A DNA stretch of 64,000 bases from a bacterium. GTDB lineage: Bacteria > UBA8248. Every line of letters begins with the position of its first letter. The stretch's first letter is position 1. A program made the position numbers and the translations under genes. Below, in pieces: positions 32,101-64,000 of this stretch. A model generated the notes under the pieces. The model saw only the letters and a list, made by a program, of their open reading frames with translations. It made no database searches and was not told the origin of the DNA. Location of the stretch: positions 462,800 to 526,799 of the forward strand of contig CBDBZY010000016.1 of NCBI GenBank assembly GCA_965213685.1. The letters are read 5' to 3'.

Positions 32101-33472
32101 AGACTTCCTCGTGGCAGCCTATCCTCTCATTCTCATTTTCCTCTTCTATGGTGTGGTCTCTCTCTATAATCGAGGTATCCAGCCAGTCTACTGCCTGTGT
32201 CGTCCCGTGCATAACCTGTTTGCCCGGTTTCAACACAAGTGGAACCTCCAACACTCAACCATTGACGCCTTTGCGACGTTTCTTGTTCTTTCATACAACA
32301 AATTCACGGCGACCTCTGTGTACCTCCTGACCCCTGAGCCCTTGGTGGACAGCTCTGGCAATGGGGTGACCAATGTATTGTATCTTGATGGCAATGTCCA
32401 TTTCCTTAGCAATGAACACCTTCCCTACTTCTTCCTAGCTCTGTGCATTCTGCTGACCATAGTGATACTGCCTCCTCTCCTCCTCCTCGTCTATCCACTC
32501 AGACTGATTCAGAGGTTGTCAAACTGGTTTGGTTGCAGAAGAGCTTGTTGTCAGATCAACACTGGCGGCCGAATGCAGATGTTCCTCGACACATTCCAAG
32601 GCTGCTTCAAGGATGGCACCAATGGGACAAGAGACTACAGATACTTTGCTGGTGTCTACTTCATCCTCCGAATCCTCTTCTTCACACTCTATGCCTACTC
32701 AAATACTTGGATACAACAGTTTTTTGTACAGCAGCTGCTCTGCACGGCGGCTGTGCTCCTCTTCGCAGTTTTCAGACCATACAAAAAGGACTTCTATAAT
32801 AACCTCGATGCGACCATATTTGGTGTGTTGGCCCTCATTAATGCTGTGAGTATGTACAATATATGCTTCACCTCACTAGATCAGCCGTTGTCCAAGTGGG
32901 CATTTGCCATGCAATACATTTTGATATTCCTTCCTCTGATGTACATGGTGGCCTATGTCATGCGGGCTGTGGTGAGGAATAACAAGCAGAAGCTGAAGAA
33001 GTGTTTTAAAAAGGTTTTCCGTTTCAGTTCTACTGATGAAAACACTCCTATCCTCACTAATCAGCGTGATGAAGGAACTTTGGATGCTGAATTTCTGGCA
33101 TTTGCAGCTGCTATAGACGATCAGTCTCACCAGGTTATCTGTGTCACACCACCAAGGGGGCACAACACGGGGAGAAATTCTGGTCCCCAGGGGGCTGGTT
33201 TGGATGTGTCTACTAGCACAACTTCATCTCATGGCACTACTAGTAGTACTGATCTCTATTGTGAGAGAGGTGAGGGAGGAAGGAGACCAGAGAGTGAGCA
33301 CAAGACAGACAACCTCAGGGAGGGAGAAGAGCAGAGCATTGGAAGAGGAGGGGACAGCGGAAAGAGAGGAGGGAATAGGGGTCATGAGGCGCGGAAGGAT
33401 GGTGAGCTCTCTCCATCAGGAAGTGGCCATAATCAAAACAAAGATGGCAAAAGCACTGATGAAGATCCATGA
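29153..33472 (+). CDS. Pmp-like beta-helix multi-pass membrane protein, paralog 6
   Basis: ATG at 29153 (MASERLFWLL) after the acceptor ttattctgctag. It has the most divergent central ectodomain, and its TM region is close to paralog 5. Confidence 0.92.
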   Translation: MASERLFWLLVAAVLHSALSFAHYDHTVYVDCSNTNATDNATCGSHTHPCRTFSYAVSERVLNSTQVVVSSGDYSLNHTISLSGLTNIALTGVDPFVNGSSQAVVTVTCESGAGLSFVQSSGITIQNVHFCGCGALQNSTSRNFSDHSFSFMQFPVGVYFLFCQHINLTGVSVTNSTGTGMAVYATGGLNYIHNCTFLENKPSRFGGGGLYVEFPYCSPTNQTGCTTIQDNEYNSNASYTISESLFSGNVALEPEASIHESQYNFLPLDPHYHNTAGHGGGIALYLCRANDIVISLTECKIEHNKAYFGGGIVVSFEEYSVDTRVNIVSSTISDNHCVYRSAFGGSGGGMMVLFKFSYQASHTHNSMSVSHSHFTKNTAYFGGGSVVKASPEMEQTDPTNSVYFNECVWSGNYGTVGAALLASAYNISAKRGALLKPVFESCTFENNTGDIPGIVTADYLPIAFSTNVKFFHNGNSSQASSPLTIDQTSVDFLENCQATFHHNKAAYGGAISLHGHAFMTVHRNTSLTFSHNYAQRAGGAIYQNPTSTGLLSNGHCFVQYMDGSVHPKDWETNFVFDFNRENVHTSDPECNAMVLGSLIPCIWNGYTYSRSQNETVLSKVFCKDRNNWTFRSNSTNCGCSNQTRTLPNRIMANISLNVIPGLRSPLNITLLDDYSKNVTKYAVLNVWPATNSSISLPPNSFYITDNSLVMYGESMNNGTLDVDTLPPRHLFASVPVHFQQCPPGFVQTNKDGHRPTYSSVDLSQNVRELAKCVCDESYGGRVKCSEAAFTAKLQRGLWMGVDPSLGGDLSKQLLVCISPYTASAMDSQYVELPNNTADLDKLLCQPVGREGIMCGRCRQGYGLAVNTKQIQCVRCSDNQAYYMWVFYILSQLLPITIMFLIFVLLNVSTTTGPANAFILFAQLLTTALDIEGDGTVHVDSITSHYDALEQAYIIPYDIWNLNFFFFPPTCLSPYLSTQAFLSLDFLVAAYPLILIFLFYGVVSLYNRGIQPVYCLCRPVHNLFARFQHKWNLQHSTIDAFATFLVLSYNKFTATSVYLLTPEPLVDSSGNGVTNVLYLDGNVHFLSNEHLPYFFLALCILLTIVILPPLLLLVYPLRLIQRLSNWFGCRRACCQINTGGRMQMFLDTFQGCFKDGTNGTRDYRYFAGVYFILRILFFTLYAYSNTWIQQFFVQQLLCTAAVLLFAVFRPYKKDFYNNLDATIFGVLALINAVSMYNICFTSLDQPLSKWAFAMQYILIFLPLMYMVAYVMRAVVRNNKQKLKKCFKKVFRFSSTDENTPILTNQRDEGTLDAEFLAFAAAIDDQSHQVICVTPPRGHNTGRNSGPQGAGLDVSTSTTSSHGTTSSTDLYCERGEGGRRPESEHKTDNLREGEEQSIGRGGDSGKRGGNRGHEARKDGELSPSGSGHNQNKDGKSTDEDP

Positions 33473-34018
33473 CCATTGAAAAATTACCACATCTAGGATA
33501 ATGAACGCTGTAGAGCACTGCTGCATATCACTGTATGCCACATGCACAATCATAGTCTCGGGTCCCAGCGTCCCGCGTATATAAATTACGTCTGGTTTAC
33601 ATTGAAACTTTTTGTGTACTGCGCTCAAGTACTGTTGATCTAACGCACATTGTTAATTAAATTTCGTGTACCCTGGTGTATAGTTTGGGGGTATCGCATG
33701 CGCGCTGGGCGCAGTTTACAGGTCTAAACGATCTCTAAGCAGCCTCGCAAGCCATCCCCCGCGAAAATTACGACTAACTTGCGAGGTAGTCTCGCGTAGC
33801 CAGACTACTTGCGAGGCTGCTCTGCAGGTCACCTAGGCTACCCGCAGTACGCGCATCATTCCGGCAAGTCATTAGGGATCCTTAGCGTAGCCTTTATGCG
33901 TAGAGTATGCGCAGATTCCAGACAGTAACAGGCCACGTGAGGAGATATAATTATGGCAGTACAAACTTAAAACCAGTGATTAGTGATGGACACACAGAAA
34001 ACATGGCAGGGGGTGTGG

Positions 34019-37593
<3,575 letters not shown>

Positions 37594-37599
37594 AATTGG

Positions 37600-37905
37600 T
37601 TGCAACTAGGCTTGGTGCGCATCAACTAGAACAGAGCTTGCGCCCACTGCGCGTGCGCAGAAACCCACCCTCCCACACCACACTTCGTACTTTTCCCGAA
37701 AAGAACACGCCCTCCAAGCTCGTATTCCATATTTGCAGATTTCCACGATCGGCAGGAAACCCACTGTCACGGTCACGATACACCCAGCCAACCGTGCAGG
37801 GAAGGCGGAGAAACCGGCAGACGAGGGGGCAAGAGAGCGGTCGGGGCAGCCAGCGAGCCAAAGAGTGGTACATGTTGCTCGCTCTGACAAGTTTAAAAAG
37901 TGAGT
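37600..37905. promoter_or_regulatory. Bidirectional CpG-rich promoter for CLYBL/CYRI and probable non-coding CYRI exon 1
   Basis: Divergent gene starts, an NRF1-like TGCGCGTGCGCA at about 37648-37659, and a donor-like AAA|GTGAGT at about 37900. Confidence 0.5.
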
Positions 37906-38167
37906 GTTGTGTAGTCTCCCAAATTTGGACTGCTGGCTTGAGAGCTAGAAAGGCTACGTGTGTTGTGCGTCGTCTAGGAACGTGTGGAAGGGTTCATTGG
38001 ATTAGCAAGCGCGTGGGGTGTGCGAGTGTGTCTTGTGTCTCGCTGCGAGCCTTGGCCAGTGGAAGCGCGTTGTAGTGGCATGTGGCGGGGTGTGTCGCTG
38101 CACAAGGCTTCTGTATATACCGTAGTACTAGGTTTTGAGGGCAGGAGGAGGTAGGGAGGTTGGGAAA

Positions 38168-38204
<37 letters not shown>

Positions 38205-38614
38205 AGAGAGGGAGAGAGAGAGGGAGAGAGAGTGTTGAAGACGGGGTAAGAAAACAAGAATGCTCTCCATGTGTATTCACAAAAGAAAAAAATCTAACCA
38301 TTCTGACGTTACTGCATACTTAGAATAATACATTTTTAGTTACATGTTGTTCAGGATGTACATTTTCATGTAGCGTTGTTGTCTACTTAGCATGTTGTTT
38401 ATTCCCATGTTGTTTATGTACATGTTGTTAACATGCATGTTGTTCATGTAATCTACCCTTGTAGCTGTTGTTGTTCAGTTACATGTTTTAGTAGCTGTTA
38501 CATTCTCTGCTGTTCTTGTGTGCATTTCACATTATTTTTTGCATTTAATTACCTCGTTGCCATGACAAAGGCTGACTATTCTGACCAATTATGTGGGAGA
38601 TGATAGTCCTGCCT

Positions 38615-38686
<72 letters not shown>

Positions 38687-39166
38687 AAGGTGGGAGTGTG
38701 GCAGGTAAACAGGTTTAGACAGGTTTGGTCAGGTGAGGTAGGACTCTAAGGGGTGTTGTGTGGTTGCTAAGCCAACATTCATGTGTACCATCCATTTGGG
38801 GCAGGACGGGAGAGAGGGAGGGAGGGAAAGGGTGGGAAGAGAGGGAGAGAGAGGGAGGTAGTGTGCTAGGTTGAACAAGGGGAATTGGAGGGACGGGGAG
38901 ATTTGTGCCATCAAGAAAGTGCTCAGCTTATTAAGGGTTGTCCTTGCTAGGTTGTGCGTTCACCTAATGCACTAGCAACAGTGCTGTTGCTCTGGGCAAC
39001 CACCATACTGACATCAGCAGCCCTGTGTCAGTAGGGTGAGTGTGGAGTGCAGAGCCATCCTGGGATGGGCCCAGTGCTATGTCTCCTGTGCAAGGCCTCT
39101 GCCTTGCAAAACCTGTTCCTGTAACCCGTTCTGTTGTTATCTTTATGTCAAATGCTACTAGGCCCT

Positions 39167-39220
<54 letters not shown>

Positions 39221-39281
39221 TGTCAAGCAGATGTGACGGGAAGATTGGGGGAAGGTAGGATGAGAGAGATGGGGGGGGGGG

Positions 39282-39335
<54 letters not shown>

Positions 39336-40450
39336 CGTACATACATTTGTACATGTACAGAGCACAAGCATGTTGCCATGGGAATGGCAGCAGATGGTCA
39401 CTTCACACCCAACTATGCACACACAAGCCCCCGGAATGTTTACCCAAGCTCTGCTAGGCCCTGGACTCTCTCCTAAGTAACCATCTTCTTCCCCCGTGGT
39501 GTGTGTGCAGGGGCTGCTAAAACCTTTCCTTTCATGCTTGTCAGCTTTGCTTTGTGGCTGTCATGGGTACTTAGAATAACAGAGCTGACTCAGCTGTTAA
39601 CTCAGGTGATGTGTTAAGGAGACAGACTGATGGACAGACAGACAACGGACAGATTGATGGAGAGATAGACGTGCCGGCATGCAGGCAGACAGACAGGCAG
39701 ACAGGTAGGCAGACAGACAGACAGACAGACAGACAAGCAGGCAGACAAACAGATGTACAGGCAAACAGACAGACATACCATACTCCATCCAATGCTCACC
39801 ATCCTTGGCCAGCAGCTGTTTCTTGTTACCATAGCAACATCCTCCAACAGCCCCTAACCTCAAACAGTCAGCTCATCAAGATAATCACATTACTCTCCTG
39901 TGAGGGCAACAATGCCTCCAGTTGCCGGGGCTCCCTTACAAGGCCGACTGTGGTTATTTAAATGCTGTTCGGAGGAAGATTTGCTGTCTCTTTGGCCAGA
40001 ATTGATCATTGGGTGTCGCCTTAGTGCCAGCTCGGCCATTGTGTGAGCGGTGTCAGCAGGTTTCAGCACTTTCGGGGAGAGATGGAGGAGGAGGGATGGA
40101 GGAGGAGAGATGGAGGAGGAGGGGAGTAGCCTGAGGGTATGTGTGTGAGGGATGGGAGGGTACGCTGCGTTTCTGTGGTACCATGTGATGGTCATGTGAT
40201 AGTCTTGTGATGTATGTATGTGGTGGTACTAGCTGTACATCTGTTTTTATTGTTGAGTGAAAAGTAAGTTACGTTCTGTTCAACTGTTATTCCTCTTCCT
40301 TCCTTCCCCCCTCTCCTCCCTCCCTCCCTCCCTCCCTCCTTCACTCCCTCCCTCCTCCCCCCTGTCTCTCTCTCCCCCTGTCTCTCTCTCCTCCTGTCCC
40401 TCTCTCCCTCCTCCCCCTTCCCCCCTTCTCTCTCCCCTGCACAGGTCACG

Positions 40451-45556
<5,106 letters not shown>

Positions 45557-46199
45557 ACCTAGTTGCCCCTAGCTACCGGTCCTGAACATACATCCACACA
45601 TATACACGCACTCTACACATGGCCTCACACATACTGAATGACTGTGCTAGTGCATTAATTAGAAATATAGTCTTTGTATGGTGCATTGGGTGCTGTACTG
45701 TCTGTCGTTTCTTAATGTACATGTATAGTATTATACAGTCCGAGTTTCATGGGGGGACCCTGGGATTTTCCCCCCAGTTGAAGTTTCCCAACACCAGCCA
45801 TGGCCCCATGCCATGTAATTATATTAATGAGACAGGGGGAGGGAGAGGGAGGGAGAGAGGGAGGAAGGGAGGGAAGGATGGATGGATGGAGAGAGAGAGT
45901 ATCATGATGTACTGTAAAGCTGGCTCCTCCCAGATGTCTGGGGGCGTGGTCAATAGTAGTGTCATTAGGGCAATCCATTATATGTGCGTGTGAGCTAGTG
46001 CATGCTGCAACAGGCGGAGGTGAAAGAAGTAGATGATGTTTCAACTACATGATAGGGAACTGTGAAAAACTGGCAGCTCCAGGATTGAAACAGGAGTTCT
46101 CTCACTTAAGCTGCCTGTGCTCTATATACCAGCTGCATGAGCTATGGCCACTGGGCGACAGCCAGTTCTCAATATCACTCTGTATGTATTATTGTTATT

Positions 46200-46715
46200 A
46201 GGAAAACTGGTGTCTGCTACAGATACGGAGCAGGTGTGGCCTTACATGTAGGTTCACAAAAACAGAGCATTCGTGCCTAGTAGATTTAAATATAACACCC
46301 TGCATTTCTTGCCTTCCATATGCACGTGAGCCTGAGGCCCGCCCCCTAGGCTGGCTAGCCTTATTAATATGTGCTTCCCTTATCCTGCCGCTAATAAGTA
46401 CCAAGCTTTGGCTTGGTCTCCAAAGCAGACACAGGAATTCGAACTCTACCCTCAGGCCTCCCCCTTGGCAGAGTGGTTATGCGTTCCGTCTGGTAAACGG
46501 ATGAGCGTGGGTTCGAATCCCGCGGTGGGAGCCGGTTTTTTCCGGCGAGGAAAACTGGTGTCTGCTACGGATACGGAGCCGGAGTGGCCTTAGGTTCACA
46601 AAAACAGAGCATTCATGCCTAGTAGATTTAAATATAACACCCTGCATTTCTTGCCTTCCATATGCACGTGAGCCTGAGGCCCGCCCCGGCCCCCTAGGCT
46701 GGCTAGCCTTATTAA
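46200..46715 (+). repeat. About 170-bp direct repeats flanking a tRNA-like sequence
   Basis: AGGAAAACTGGTGTCTGCTAC...CTAGGCTGGCTAGCCTTATTAA at about 46200-46367 and 46548-46715. Confidence 0.85.
46456..46533 (+). ncRNA. tRNA-like Pol III unit (anticodon position GGT); SINE head or tRNA pseudogene
   Basis: A box TGGCAGAGTGG, stem-loop TCCGT-CTGGTAA-ACGGA, B box GGTTCGAATCC, and a T6 run just downstream. The acceptor stem is imperfect. Confidence 0.5.
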
Positions 46716-47099
46716 ATATATGCTAATAGTACTATTTTGACATATGCTAGCCATAAGATTTGTTGCTAAAAACAACTTTGTTGCCAAACACTTTGGTCAC
46801 CTTTCTGCAACCCTCATCAGTGGCAGAGGCCGTGTACTGCACTTCCATGTAAAATCATAGTTCTGTATTAGTATAATCATTGCAATATGGGAACAATATT
46901 GTGTTGCTTGTTAGTATTTCGAACAGAAGTCCTTAGCCCGCTACTGCGCATGCGCAAATAGGGGACCGTGTACGCGCGCCGCGCTGTTAGTGACCACGTG
47001 GAGAATGTTTTTTCGCCACGCGGGAAGGCCCAGGATCGTGAGAAGTCCGGGGCAGCCGCACACCTCCTTCGCCTTCTCTCTCCCTCTGATCCTTCAACG

Positions 47100-63002
<15,903 letters not shown>

Positions 63003-64000
63003 CAAGTTTATTGCCATAAGAAAGTGTAGAAATAATCACCTGCACACATACTAACTTTGTCACCATACTCTGTGTGTCGATAGATATGCTTTCATATGTA
63101 TTTGCCTCAGAGAACCTCTTGTTGAACTGGAGGGAAAATTATCTCAACCTGTTGAATATGTTCATTTGATGTTAATTGTGTAATTGTTTATGTTGATTGT
63201 GCAATATGCTTTGTTTATTTGTTATTCATGTACCATGTGGCATGTTGGGCAGATGTTAATCTTGTAATCATCTTGTAATGGTTTGTGTTGTGGTCATGTC
63301 CAGTATCCACTACTAGACTGCTGGGACATCTCTTCCTTCCTCTCTCTCCCTCCTCTCTCTCCCTCCTCTCTCTCCCTCTCTCTCTCTCTCTCCCTCTCTC
63401 TCTACACATGCTGCACTTAAGTCACTCTCCTCTTCATTGTTTCTGAGTCATGAATGAGATAATGGCTATCACATCTTCCTGGAGGTGCCCAAATATAGTG
63501 AGGTTTTCTGTCTCTGTTCCCAGCTGCTGCCCTAGTTGACATGCCCTGGGCCTGTCAAAGCTACATGTTTGGACTGTTAATTACTCTCTTTCTTGTAGCT
63601 AACTCTTTCACTCTATCCTTCACCACTCTCCCTCAATCCCTCCCTCCTCCCTCCTCCCTCCTCTCCCTACTTCCCTTCTTCTGCATTCTCCCTTCCCTCC
63701 TCCCTCCCTCCTTCCCTCCCTCCCTCCCTCCCTCCCTCCCTCCCTCCCTCCTATTTGTTAGCAGTGGTATATACAATCCTTTCCAAGTAGTCCCCTCACA
63801 CACAGTCCCTATGGGGGGAAGGGGGGCATGAAATATTTAGCTAAAGTTGACCCCTCCCATTTTGCTTGCATGTAGATAGCTGGTCTTAATGAGCTGAAGG
63901 TAGTGTTCCTGGAAATGGTAACCATGGATACTAATGGAGATAACAGGTGCCAGGTCAGCATTTTCTTAGGAAACTAGCTTGATTATTCAAATGATGCAAT

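Noticed and set aside
5984-33472. Bacterial contamination or autotransporter operon
   Set aside because: No beta-barrel domain; eukaryotic-type signal peptides, many NxS/T sites and Cys residues, UTR splice signals, and contiguity with spliced animal genes.

Overview
Eukaryotic genomic DNA, inferred to be from an early-branching animal and probably a demosponge (compact genes, microsatellite-rich introns, tRNA-derived SINEs). The organism cannot be confirmed from sequence alone. Left half (1-33.5 kb): a cluster of six paralogous genes with intronless ~1400-1440 aa coding regions, four on the minus strand and two on the plus strand, with copies 4 and 5 head-to-head. Each encodes a signal peptide, a Pmp-like GGA(I)/FxxN beta-helix ectodomain, a Cys-rich stalk, about 9 TM segments and an acidic/Ser-rich tail. 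The paralogs are mosaics with sharp identity breakpoints, which makes them a candidate diversifying surface or endosomal receptor system. Right half: three conserved spliced genes whose exons I assembled by hand with consistent phases: CLYBL (minus, 6 exons), CYRI/FAM49 (plus, 10 coding exons) and POLR3F (plus, 7 exons, 10.9 kb last intron). Also present: three TATA-targeting TIR elements (two stacked in one paralog's conserved promoter site), a hAT-like MITE, a P-like 41-bp footprint, a LINE 3' fragment, tRNA-SINEs, a relic CLYBL last exon, repeated 5' splice-site duplications, and (CA)n tracts directly at 3' splice sites.
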